Assembly: GCA_903937035.1 (NCBI GenBank)
Contig: CAIZXS010000004.1
Location: forward strand, 4,693-68,692
Origin: an uncultured bacterium
GTDB taxonomy: Bacteria > Patescibacteriota > Minisyncoccia > Moranbacterales > UBA2206
Direction of reading: 5' to 3'
Length of the DNA stretch: 64,000 bases
Every line of letters starts with the position of its first letter. The first letter of the stretch is position 1. The notes below the pieces were generated by a model. The model saw only the letters and a program-made list of their open reading frames with translations, made no database searches and was not told the origin of the DNA. Positions 28,399 to 37,728 of the stretch are shown here, piece by piece. A program made the position numbers and the translations under genes.

Positions 28399-31300
28399 AT
28401 GAAAAAAAAATTAAATGGAGGCTTGATAATCGTGTGTATAGTGTCTTTTATTTTCTCTGGACAGTTGGTAACCGCTGCAGAACCTTCAGCGGACATTTCC
28501 CCCGATAAGGCTTTGGAAACACGGCGTGAGCCAGGAGGGTCTGCAGGAGGGGCAATTGCGTCAGAACAGATGGATGTTGTCGCTGATATCAATTTTCGCA
28601 GCCCCCTTCTTTTAAAGCAAGAAAGTAATAAGCTGGAGCTTTTTTTTCGCCTGGAAAATAATTATTCCAAAAGCGAAGCCGGCATTCGTTATGGCGTTCG
28701 ATTGATTAAGGATGAGACGTTGTATGACGAGAGAGTGTATTCCGCTGATGTGCTTTCAATTGAGGGAAATAGCTCTACTCAAAAAGTGTTTTCTTACCAG
28801 GCTCCAAGTTATCTCGCTGGTGATTTTGAGTTGTGGCTAGTAGCTAAAAATGAAAGTGGTCTGCCGCTAGCTGTTTTAAAATTAGAAAAGCCTATAGCGC
28901 TTAGTGGTTCTGGTGAGTATTTGGAAATCAATACCGATGCTTGCGGATTAAAAATCGAGGGAGGTGGGAATAGTAAGGTTTATTCATTACCTCAAGGGGC
29001 ACCGCTTAAGCCAGAAGAAGACTTGACATTTAGTTGCGAAGTTATCAGTCATTTCAAGGAAGCTGCTTCGATCTATCCTTTGCTGAGTACTTTTAAGTAT
29101 TCTCTCTATGGCAGTTCAGCCGACAATGATCAGCGAGGGGCGGAGCTAGTTCTCCAACCGGGAGAGAAGAAATTTGTCGATTTGACGATTGATAAGCCCG
29201 CCGCGCCTCAGACATATGAAGCGAGGGTTATTTTTTTGAAAAGTAATGCCCTGGCAGTTGTTTCTCGTCCAGTAATTTTGCGCTATGTTGTTTCCGGCGA
29301 AAGTGCCATGATCCAAAAATTAGATTTAGACAAAATTAGTTATCAGAAAGGAGAAATAATTGACGCTACTTTATTGTGGTCTGGTTCAGTGGGCAATTCT
29401 GATGATTCGCACATTGTCAATGCAGCTAGGAAAAAGGTAACAGCTGATTTGGCGATAACCAATCAGGGCAATCAACTCTGCGCGCAAATTCAGGGACAAG
29501 CCTTGGATCAAAATTCAAACACAGCTAAGTTTGAGCTTAAATCTGATATTGATTGCCCTAATCTGAATGTTAAAATAATCCTCAAAGATGAGCAAGGCAA
29601 AGTCTTGGCGGAAAGAGACTTGCATTTTCAAAAAAATAAAATCAGCGAAGGTGGAGCTCAAAAAAGTAGTCCAAATAATATCAAAAAAACAGTGTTATTG
29701 ATAGTATTCATAATTCTGTTATTTTTAGTAATTGCCATTGTTGCTAAAATACTTTTTTCTTACAAAAAAAACAAAACTGAAAATTTATTATTACTTTTGC
29801 TTTTGTTCGGGGCTTTGTTTAATTGGAGATTACAAAATGTGGGAGCTCTTACACTTTCTAAGCCATTTAATAGTTGGGGAGCTTTTAGTTATTCTGTAAA
29901 TTTAAATAAAGGATCAGGAATCTACAACCCAGGAGAGGAGATATCCGTGATATATGACGGAAGTGCAGCCCTCACTGGTTGCGTTAATTATTCTGGTGGG
30001 AATACTACACTATTAGCTGCAACGAACACATCGGGTAGCTGGTCTGGTTTTGGCTGGAAGGGCAATGACCAGTTCACTGATGCGAACGGTTGTACCGTTA
30101 GCAATTTTGGTTCTTGGAGTGCTGGTAATGCGCCATCGTCAAGTGGTGTCATTTCTCTCAAGGCTTGTATAACTGGAGAAGGCTCTGGGGGTGTTGCCGC
30201 TAATTGCTCCGGCACAACATCTGGTGGTGGCAATTTTGATTTAGCGACTGGTGATATTTATTACACGGTTGCCCCTCCCTCCAATCCTACTTGTGAAATT
30301 CATTTTAGCGATAGTTCTTATACTGTCAATAATTGGGGGCCTTTGACTTGGTCGACTTATGATTCAACAGGAGGGACGCTTTATTGTACCGGTCTTTCGC
30401 CGATATTAAATGATCCTAATACTGCTACGAGTTATACTAATTATGGTATTTATTTAAATCAAACAGGTGCGGTTTATTGCACATTTACTCCTTATAATGG
30501 GACAAATGCCGGAACGCCTTGTTATGCTTCTGCGGTAGTTAGCGCGGTAATTCCCACTCCTACGTGTACTGTTTCATTTTCTGACACAGACATTCAAGCT
30601 CCTGGTACGGTATATCTTACCTGGAATTCTTCCAATGCGGATAAGACAATCGGTTCTTGCTCTGGTATTGGAAGTCCGGTTCCAGCGGCTGATTATGGCT
30701 TGGCTTATAGTAATTATCCTGTTGCTTTTGTTGCGACGGATAGTGGGACAGAGACTTGTACTTTCACGCCATATATTGGCGCAACTGCTGGAACTCCTTG
30801 TTCGGCGAGTGTGCTGGTGAGGCCACGAGGGGTTTGTGGTATTGCCAATGGAACATCCTCATGCACGCAGCCGACTACTGGCCTTTGTGATTCATCGAGT
30901 ACTGCTTCTACAGTTGCTGGCTCTGGTCCATGGATTTGGACTTGTGCGGGAGCTAATGGTGGTGGCAGTGTGAGTTGTTCCGCTACTAAGAGTTGCGCGC
31001 CAGCTTCATGTCATGCTTCATTTTCTCCTTCTAGTATAACCACTACATTAGCCACTCCCGCTGCTTCTGTTCTTGCGTGGGATTCCACGGGTGATTCAAT
31101 GACGGTTTCCTGCACAGGGCCAATGCCGATTAGCCCTGCGGTGAATGTTACTAATCCTGCGAGTGGTTCTGGATCTGTTCCCTTTACTGTCGATCAAACT
31201 GGAACAGAGACATGCACATTTACTCCATATAATGGAGCAACTCCAGGCACTACTTGCGAAGCGACCGTTTCCGTTAAGGCTGATGCAGTCTGCGGTTCTT

Positions 31301-32475
31301 CAAATGGAGGCACTTCCTGTTTGGCGCCAACTAGCAATCTTTGCACCTTGGGCACATTGCAAGGAGCTCCGGTGGTATATTCTGGTACATGGTGGGGATG
31401 GACATGCTTGGGATTGAACGGTGGTGCTAATAAGGTTTGTAGTACAATAATAAACTGCACTAGTCCTTCTTGTGTTGCGAATTTTTCACCAACGAGCTTG
31501 ACTGCTCCGGGAACTTCTTATCTTACATGGACTCCTTCTAATGCTGATAAGATGCTTGGTACATGCTTTGGAATTGGCGCAACAATTCCGGAGGGTGATT
31601 ATGGACTGTCCAATACTGTTGGTTATCCTTTCGCTTTTACTGCCTTGCAAACTGGAACAGAAACTTGTACGTTCACTCCATATATGGGAGCAGTAAAAGG
31701 CGCCCCTTGCTCTGCTAGTGTAGTAGTTAATGATACTTGTGAATGCAGCACGATATTCAGCGGTGGGACACCTTGTCCATCGGGATCAACTTGTGACGGT
31801 TGCCATTGTATTCCCGCTACTTCATATACTTGTATGCCAGTAGCTCCACCTGTTGGTACAACAAAGTGTCCCTTGACTAGAGAAACAGGTTTTAGTTCTG
31901 CTCAGCCATGGACGAATCGCGGAACCTTTTCTGTTTGCACCGGAGCGCTTGGAATATGTGAGTATTATATTCCTAGTGGAACATTCGGTTGTAATCCGGT
32001 CGCTCCACCGGTAGGAACAATAAAATGCCCTGGAACGAGAGAGTCAGGTTTTAGCTCTGCTCAACCATGGACTCCCGTGGGAGCAGTTTCTTCTTGCAAT
32101 GGATTGAGTGGTATATGTGAATATTATACCCCAGCTGGAACATTTGGTTGTAATCCAATAGCGCCACCGGCAGGAGCAACAAAATGCCCCGGAACTCAAG
32201 AGGCGGGTTTTAGTTCTTTGCAACCATGGACAAATAGGGTGACTTTTGGTGCTTGCACTGGTGCAAGCGGAGTTTGTGAATATTATTCTTGTCCATCAGT
32301 GCCTCAATGTTACTATCCAACCACTTGCACTCCTGGTATTTGCGGAACTCAAAATGAAGAATGTCTCCCTGTCTCTCCACCTGGATGCGCTGTTCCAGCT
32401 TGCCTCGCAACTTCTTGCACAGGAACGGTGTATTGTCCTTGCAATTCGGGAGGATGGCAGGAGATTTCTCATTAA
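28399..32475 (+). CDS. 1358-aa Cys-rich surface protein with an internal TM hairpin and three repeat types
   Basis: N-terminal signal; TM ~29690-29760 then a second signal-like segment; repeats GTETCTFTPY-like x4, CG..NG.SC..PT..LC x2, 53-aa PVAPP.G..KCP x3; ends GGWQEISH. Confidence 0.85.
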   Translation: MKKKLNGGLIIVCIVSFIFSGQLVTAAEPSADISPDKALETRREPGGSAGGAIASEQMDVVADINFRSPLLLKQESNKLELFFRLENNYSKSEAGIRYGVRLIKDETLYDERVYSADVLSIEGNSSTQKVFSYQAPSYLAGDFELWLVAKNESGLPLAVLKLEKPIALSGSGEYLEINTDACGLKIEGGGNSKVYSLPQGAPLKPEEDLTFSCEVISHFKEAASIYPLLSTFKYSLYGSSADNDQRGAELVLQPGEKKFVDLTIDKPAAPQTYEARVIFLKSNALAVVSRPVILRYVVSGESAMIQKLDLDKISYQKGEIIDATLLWSGSVGNSDDSHIVNAARKKVTADLAITNQGNQLCAQIQGQALDQNSNTAKFELKSDIDCPNLNVKIILKDEQGKVLAERDLHFQKNKISEGGAQKSSPNNIKKTVLLIVFIILLFLVIAIVAKILFSYKKNKTENLLLLLLLFGALFNWRLQNVGALTLSKPFNSWGAFSYSVNLNKGSGIYNPGEEISVIYDGSAALTGCVNYSGGNTTLLAATNTSGSWSGFGWKGNDQFTDANGCTVSNFGSWSAGNAPSSSGVISLKACITGEGSGGVAANCSGTTSGGGNFDLATGDIYYTVAPPSNPTCEIHFSDSSYTVNNWGPLTWSTYDSTGGTLYCTGLSPILNDPNTATSYTNYGIYLNQTGAVYCTFTPYNGTNAGTPCYASAVVSAVIPTPTCTVSFSDTDIQAPGTVYLTWNSSNADKTIGSCSGIGSPVPAADYGLAYSNYPVAFVATDSGTETCTFTPYIGATAGTPCSASVLVRPRGVCGIANGTSSCTQPTTGLCDSSSTASTVAGSGPWIWTCAGANGGGSVSCSATKSCAPASCHASFSPSSITTTLATPAASVLAWDSTGDSMTVSCTGPMPISPAVNVTNPASGSGSVPFTVDQTGTETCTFTPYNGATPGTTCEATVSVKADAVCGSSNGGTSCLAPTSNLCTLGTLQGAPVVYSGTWWGWTCLGLNGGANKVCSTIINCTSPSCVANFSPTSLTAPGTSYLTWTPSNADKMLGTCFGIGATIPEGDYGLSNTVGYPFAFTALQTGTETCTFTPYMGAVKGAPCSASVVVNDTCECSTIFSGGTPCPSGSTCDGCHCIPATSYTCMPVAPPVGTTKCPLTRETGFSSAQPWTNRGTFSVCTGALGICEYYIPSGTFGCNPVAPPVGTIKCPGTRESGFSSAQPWTPVGAVSSCNGLSGICEYYTPAGTFGCNPIAPPAGATKCPGTQEAGFSSLQPWTNRVTFGACTGASGVCEYYSCPSVPQCYYPTTCTPGICGTQNEECLPVSPPGCAVPACLATSCTGTVYCPCNSGGWQEISH
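31831..32290 (+). repeat. three 159-bp intragenic tandem repeats
   Basis: Units start TGT at 31831, 31990 and 32149. Confidence 0.85.
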
Positions 32476-32508
32476 AAAAGTAACTTATCGAAATAATTAA
32501 ATAATTCT

Positions 32509-32946
32509 ATGGATAGAAAAAAAATTCTTATTTTATGTTTCGCGCTTTTCATGCTCCTGGTTGGACTTTTTGTGGTAGCTAAAAGCAGCAATAAGAAGGA
32601 TGAAAAAACAAGTTCTCCTCAAAAAATGATTGCTGAAAAAAAAGAAGTTAATGTCTCATCAAAACAAGATGCTGGTAATGTAAAACGAGACGATACCGTG
32701 AGTATTATGGGCAGTATCAGTGCGATTGATGAAAAAACCTTGAGCATAAGACAGATGAGAGAGGCGGTGTCTGTCAACATTAATAGCTCAATCGCCGTGT
32801 CGAATGTTGATCTTGATGGAAAAAAATTGGGAGCTGCTAAATTGTCCGATCTTAAGACGGGTGACTCTGTCAGGGTGACTTATGATAGGGCCACGAAGAA
32901 TGCGACAGAGATTTTCATAACAAGAGTTCAGACGCAAGAGAAATAG
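32509..32946 (+). CDS. membrane-anchored small OB-fold-like protein (DUF5666-like)
   Basis: N-terminal TM; G.I.AID...L.I, LSDLKTGDSVRV. Confidence 0.65.
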   Translation: MDRKKILILCFALFMLLVGLFVVAKSSNKKDEKTSSPQKMIAEKKEVNVSSKQDAGNVKRDDTVSIMGSISAIDEKTLSIRQMREAVSVNINSSIAVSNVDLDGKKLGAAKLSDLKTGDSVRVTYDRATKNATEIFITRVQTQEK

Positions 32947-33106
32947 AAATTAGGCCGGAATAGGCAATAAAAAAAAGTTGAGCTGGACAAAAAATTGACA
33001 TATATTTCTAGCTTATATTCTCAGGGATGAATTTCGTATTTGTTTTTTTGAAAAGTATGGTATAATAAATTTAAGGAAAGATAAAAAGCAAAAATTACTT
33101 ATAACA

Positions 33107-34240
33107 ATGTTTGATTTTAGTTTCAAAAAAAATGTGTTTGTTGGTGTCGACATTGGAACAGCTGCTATTAAAGTAGTTGAGCTTACTGTTGTGGAGGGAA
33201 AACCGATACTTTCAAATTACGCCTGGATGTCTCTTGATGGGAATAATATTGGAAAAGGAGACGAAAACGTTGAATATTTTCAGGTTATTCTTCCGCAATG
33301 CTTAAAGAGAATCATCAAAAAGGCTAAGTTTTCAGGGCGAGATGCCTATGTTTCTTTGCCAGCTTTTGGAGGGCTCATAACACTTATTGATTTTCCCGAA
33401 ATGGCTGATAATGACATGGAGCAAGCAATCAAGTTTGAGGCGCACAAATATATTCCAACCTCACTAGATGAAGTGGTGATTAGTTGGGAGATTGTGGAGA
33501 GGGAAAATCGTTCTGCGTCTTTGATTAAAGAGATTCCTGTTTCTGGTAATTCTGGAGATGCCAAGGAGACTGATTCTGGCGTACGGGTCAAGGTTTTGCT
33601 CGTAGCTGCTTCACGAAAAAAGGTTTTGAAATATGAAAATCTAGTCAAGCTTTCTGGATTGGACTTGAAATCGATTGATATTGAAACATTTTCAGTTGTG
33701 CGCTCGCTGGTGGGTAATGATATGGGTAGTTTTGTTATTGTGGATATTGGTGCGCGAGTTTGCAATATTATCCTGGTTGAAAAAGGGGTGATTAGGATTA
33801 ATCGAAATATTGATGCGGGTGGAGCGGAAATGACCAAGACAATTGCCAAAGCCATGGGAATTGATACAGAAAGAGCAGAAGCGCTCAAGGTTTCTGGTAA
33901 GAATTTTTTTGAAACTGAATCAGCGATTAGTTTTTTCACACTTGAGCTGATTACGGGTGAAGTGGAACGAATGATTCGTGCATATTGCAAAGATGGTGAA
34001 CGGGACAAAATTGAGGAGATTATCCTTTCTGGCGGAACATCAAGGCTGACAGGTATTGAGGATTATTTTTCCAATAAGTTGAAAATAAAAACAACGGTTG
34101 GTAATCCTTTTGCACGAATCAGCTATGACAGTCGGCTGAAATCAACCATCGCAGATATTCAAAATAATCTGAATATTGCAGTAGGATTGGCATTGAAAGG
34201 TGTGGATGAATATTTGAAAGATAATTTAAATAAAAAATAG
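33107..34240 (+). CDS. pilM: type IV pilus assembly protein PilM
   Basis: VGVDIGTAAIKVVEL, FEAHKYIP, VDIGA, IILSGG, AVGLALK. Confidence 0.93.
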   Translation: MFDFSFKKNVFVGVDIGTAAIKVVELTVVEGKPILSNYAWMSLDGNNIGKGDENVEYFQVILPQCLKRIIKKAKFSGRDAYVSLPAFGGLITLIDFPEMADNDMEQAIKFEAHKYIPTSLDEVVISWEIVERENRSASLIKEIPVSGNSGDAKETDSGVRVKVLLVAASRKKVLKYENLVKLSGLDLKSIDIETFSVVRSLVGNDMGSFVIVDIGARVCNIILVEKGVIRINRNIDAGGAEMTKTIAKAMGIDTERAEALKVSGKNFFETESAISFFTLELITGEVERMIRAYCKDGERDKIEEIILSGGTSRLTGIEDYFSNKLKIKTTVGNPFARISYDSRLKSTIADIQNNLNIAVGLALKGVDEYLKDNLNKK

Positions 34241-34256
34241 TTAAAACAATTTAAAA

Positions 34257-34318
34257 TATTTCGCTGAGCTTGCTTTTAAGCAGGGTCGTCTAGGATGATG
34301 GACGAATCTAGCGAAGTA
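34257..34318 (+). ncRNA. candidate three-way-junction RNA in the pilM-pilN spacer
   Basis: P1 TATTTCGCT(G)AG/CTAGCGAAGTA, P2 CTTGCTT/AAGCAGG, P3 TCGTCTA/TGGACGA. Confidence 0.4.
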
Positions 34319-34329
34319 GGAATAAAAAA

Positions 34330-34842
34330 ATGGCAAATATAAATTTAGTTACAGACAGAGAAAATGCGAGAATGCTTGGAACCGGCACTACAGTGCTTCT
34401 GGTAGCATTCTTTGTTGTCATACTGATTTATGGAGGACTGATTTTCTATGGAAATAAGCTGGGGACTGATTTGACAACAGCTAAGGAAGAATATGCAGCT
34501 AAATTCAATATTTTCGCTATTGGTGATTCTAAAAAAGTTTTAGATTTTCAAAGCAGATTAACAATTTCAAATGAGCTTCTTGCGACGGAACGGGACAATG
34601 GAAAGGACCTGGAAAACATTGAAAGCGTAATGATTGATGGTGTATATCTTGATTCCTATGTCTACGATGAGTCAACTAAATCAATTAAGATTGATTGCTT
34701 TGCCGACAGTTATGAAACGGTGGCAAAGCAAATTTTGAGTTTCAAGGGTGATGACTATTTCTCAACCGTACTTGCAGGCGAGACTAAGATTGATACGAGA
34801 AGAAAGATGATTAATTTCCCCGTTGTTTTAACGATTAAATAA
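34330..34842 (+). CDS. pilN: PilN-like protein
   Basis: INL motif at the N-terminus, single TM, position after pilM. Confidence 0.7.
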   Translation: MANINLVTDRENARMLGTGTTVLLVAFFVVILIYGGLIFYGNKLGTDLTTAKEEYAAKFNIFAIGDSKKVLDFQSRLTISNELLATERDNGKDLENIESVMIDGVYLDSYVYDESTKSIKIDCFADSYETVAKQILSFKGDDYFSTVLAGETKIDTRRKMINFPVVLTIK

Positions 34843-34847
34843 AAAAT

Positions 34848-35639
34848 ATGAAAATAAAAATACTATTAGCTCCGGGACTAATCGTTGTTATCGTAGTTGC
34901 AATTATCTGGTATGTCTATCCGGCCTATGATGGTGTGGATGGTGTTAGAGAGAGGGGTGCGAAAATGGCAGGTCAGGAAGCGCTTATGGCTAAATTGGAT
35001 GGTAATATTAGTAACGCGGAAAAATTAGGAGCAGAATTGAGTGCTAATGCTACTCAAAATGCAGTTGTTTTTGATTATATTCCCAAGAGTAAAGAGGAGG
35101 AGAAAATTATTGAAAATCTGAACTTGCAAGCAACAGGAAGCACTTTGGCTGTATTGGAAATTTCGGTTTCCGAGTTGTCGGATGTTGCCGCTGCCGCAGA
35201 GGTTAGTACGCTTTCAATTGCGCCGCCCATTACTGATCCTGTTACAGGAGCTGTTGTGCCCGAAGCGCCAAAATTGGTGCCTAAGAAATTGAAAGTAAAG
35301 TATTCCGTTGTTGGTGATTATGCGAATATTAAAGTTTTAATAGGAAAAATCCAAAAGCTGAAAAGATTTAACAAGTTCTTGGGACTGGACATAAAAACAC
35401 TAATGACGGAAGGGCAGGAGGTAAGTAATTCCTTGCAAGCGAATATGATGCTAGAGTTTAACTATTTAAATGAACCAAAGCGACTGACCGATGCTGATTT
35501 GGGTAATGAGATTTTTTCAGCCACAGAAGGTTTTGATAAGCAGATTATTGGAAAAATACGTGAGAGTAGAAATGTTGAAGTTAATAATGTTATGCCGGGA
35601 CAAAAAAGAGGGAATAATCCTTTTATCATTACAAAATAA
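34848..35639 (+). CDS. pilO: PilO-like protein
   Basis: N-terminal TM, coiled coil, V.GDY..IK.LI..I.KLKR. Confidence 0.72.
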   Translation: MKIKILLAPGLIVVIVVAIIWYVYPAYDGVDGVRERGAKMAGQEALMAKLDGNISNAEKLGAELSANATQNAVVFDYIPKSKEEEKIIENLNLQATGSTLAVLEISVSELSDVAAAAEVSTLSIAPPITDPVTGAVVPEAPKLVPKKLKVKYSVVGDYANIKVLIGKIQKLKRFNKFLGLDIKTLMTEGQEVSNSLQANMMLEFNYLNEPKRLTDADLGNEIFSATEGFDKQIIGKIRESRNVEVNNVMPGQKRGNNPFIITK

Positions 35640-37303
35640 TGACTCCGAAAGATGATGATGTAAAAAAAGAAGAAGCGGTTGCTGCGGAGGGACTTCGGCA
35701 GAATATTTTGCGTGAGGCGCCGAAAACTGTTGCGGGCAGTCTTGTTAATATGCTTCCCAAGGAAGTTGCGGAGAAATATAGCATGATGGTTTTTGACAAG
35801 GTAGGAGATGTTTTGAAGGTGGCAATGGCTGATCCAGAAGATGCGCAAGCCTTGAATACTTTGAATTTTGTAGCGGAAAAAGAGAGGGCCAGAATCGAAA
35901 CTTATGCGGTTTCGCAAAAAGTATTTGCTGATTTATTTGCTTTCTATAACGAAACGAACGAAGCACTAAAGGAAGCAGTTGATTCTTTTGAAGATGAGAA
36001 GGATCAATTGGCGATTGAGGATAGTAATAATGATTCACTGGGAAAGAAGAAGGAGGCGGAAGTGTTGAAAGATGCTCCTGTTACGAAGTTGGTCGAGGTG
36101 ATCATCAGCCATGCTGTAGAGGGAAAGGCGAGTGACATCCACATTGAACCGATGGACAAGGATTATCGCGTGCGTTTTCGAGTGGACGGCGTGTTGCATG
36201 TTAGTTTGATTTTTCCAATTGAGATTGGTCCGGTGGTGATTTCTCGCATAAAGATTTTGGCTAATTTAAAAATTGATGAAAAGAGAAAACCGCAAGATGG
36301 TCGGTTCCGACTGAATTTTAACAAAAAAGATATTGACTTTCGCGTCTCATCCTTGCCTGTTGTTGGTGGAGAAAAGATTGTAATGAGAATCTTAGATAAG
36401 GATAGCGGCACAAGTAGCATTGAGAATCTTGGACTCGTGGGGATGGCAAAACATGATATTAGCGTAGCAATTCATGAGACATACGGGATGATTTTGATGA
36501 CTGGGCCGACTGGTAGTGGAAAATCAACCACGCTCTACACTCTTTTGAAAATTTTGAATAACGAGGAGCGCAATATCATCACACTGGAGGATCCGGTGGA
36601 GTATTTCATTGAAGGACTAAATCAAAGCCAGATCAAGCCGGAAATCGGCTATACTTTTGCTTCAGGTTTGCGAACTGTTTTGCGTCAAGATCCCAATGTA
36701 ATTATGGTAGGAGAAATTCGTGACGCGGAAACGGCAGAACTGGCGGTTCACGCCGCTCTCACAGGACATTTGATGTTTTCTACGTTGCATACGAACACGG
36801 CGATTGGCGCTATTCCGCGTCTAATTGACATGAAAATTGAGCCATTCTTGCTTTCTTCGTCACTTCGAATGGTGATTGCTCAACGTTTGGTGAGGCGAAT
36901 TTGTGAAAAATGCAAAAAAGAGATTACGGTTTCTCCTGTGGTCAGCGGGGGGATAGCGGAAAAAATAAAGAATATCAACGAGAAAGAATTGGAAAGCTAC
37001 GGAATAAAGTTGGAGGATGGACTTAAATTTTATCATGGCGACGGATGTGACGCTTGTAATGGAACGGGGCTCAAAGGGCGCGTGGCAATCTATGAGGCAG
37101 TGCCGGTGACAGAGGAAATTAGGAATATCATTATCGAAAAAAGAGGCAGCGAGGAATTGATCAAAAAAGAACGCGATCGGATGGGAGTGATTACAATCGA
37201 GCAAGATGGCATCTTGAAGATTATCCAAGGTCTCACAACGATCGAAGAGGTGGAACGAGTAACGGAGTGTAACTTCACAACTCTGACCGAGGAAAATGAC
37301 TAA
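35639..37303 (+). CDS. pilB: type IV pilus extension ATPase (GspE/PilB)
   Basis: ASDIHIEP, PQDGR, GPTGSGKST, LEDPVEY, LRQDP, TGH, tetra-Cys Zn motif. Confidence 0.95.
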   Translation: MTPKDDDVKKEEAVAAEGLRQNILREAPKTVAGSLVNMLPKEVAEKYSMMVFDKVGDVLKVAMADPEDAQALNTLNFVAEKERARIETYAVSQKVFADLFAFYNETNEALKEAVDSFEDEKDQLAIEDSNNDSLGKKKEAEVLKDAPVTKLVEVIISHAVEGKASDIHIEPMDKDYRVRFRVDGVLHVSLIFPIEIGPVVISRIKILANLKIDEKRKPQDGRFRLNFNKKDIDFRVSSLPVVGGEKIVMRILDKDSGTSSIENLGLVGMAKHDISVAIHETYGMILMTGPTGSGKSTTLYTLLKILNNEERNIITLEDPVEYFIEGLNQSQIKPEIGYTFASGLRTVLRQDPNVIMVGEIRDAETAELAVHAALTGHLMFSTLHTNTAIGAIPRLIDMKIEPFLLSSSLRMVIAQRLVRRICEKCKKEITVSPVVSGGIAEKIKNINEKELESYGIKLEDGLKFYHGDGCDACNGTGLKGRVAIYEAVPVTEEIRNIIIEKRGSEELIKKERDRMGVITIEQDGILKIIQGLTTIEEVERVTECNFTTLTEEND

Positions 37304-37332
37304 GTATATTTTTTATTTTTAATTATAATTTT

Positions 37333-37722
37333 ATGGAAGAGCAGAAAAAGAAGATCATGATTATCGAAGATGACTATTTTGTTATGGACATCTATCACAC
37401 AAAACTTACACAGTCCGGCTTTGATGTGATTAGTGCAAATAACGGACTTGACGCGTTAAAAAAGTTACAAGAAGAAAAACAAATTCCCGATTTGATTTTG
37501 CTAGACATTATCATGCCCTATCTTGGCGGATTGGAAGTTTTGGAGCGGATCAAAGCCGATGAGCAATTAAAAAGTATCCCAGTAATTTTGCTCACCAATT
37601 TGAGTCAAAAAGCTGAGATTGATAAGGGAATGGGGTTGGGAGCAAAAGATTATTTAATCAAATCTCATTTCACGCCATCAGAAGTTTTGGAAAAAATAAA
37701 TTTACTCATTGGTAATGCTTAA
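37333..37722 (+). CDS. single-domain response regulator
   Basis: IMIIEDD, PDLILLDIIMP, DYLIK. Confidence 0.92.
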   Translation: MEEQKKKIMIIEDDYFVMDIYHTKLTQSGFDVISANNGLDALKKLQEEKQIPDLILLDIIMPYLGGLEVLERIKADEQLKSIPVILLTNLSQKAEIDKGMGLGAKDYLIKSHFTPSEVLEKINLLIGNA

Positions 37723-37728
37723 ACATTT

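Noticed and set aside
30270-32290. Diversity-generating retroelement TR/VR pair
   Set aside because: Differences between repeats are not adenine-specific and no reverse transcriptase is in the window
37333-37722. Chp/PilG-PilH chemosensory system
   Set aside because: Only a lone receiver is present; no CheA/CheW/MCP genes in the window
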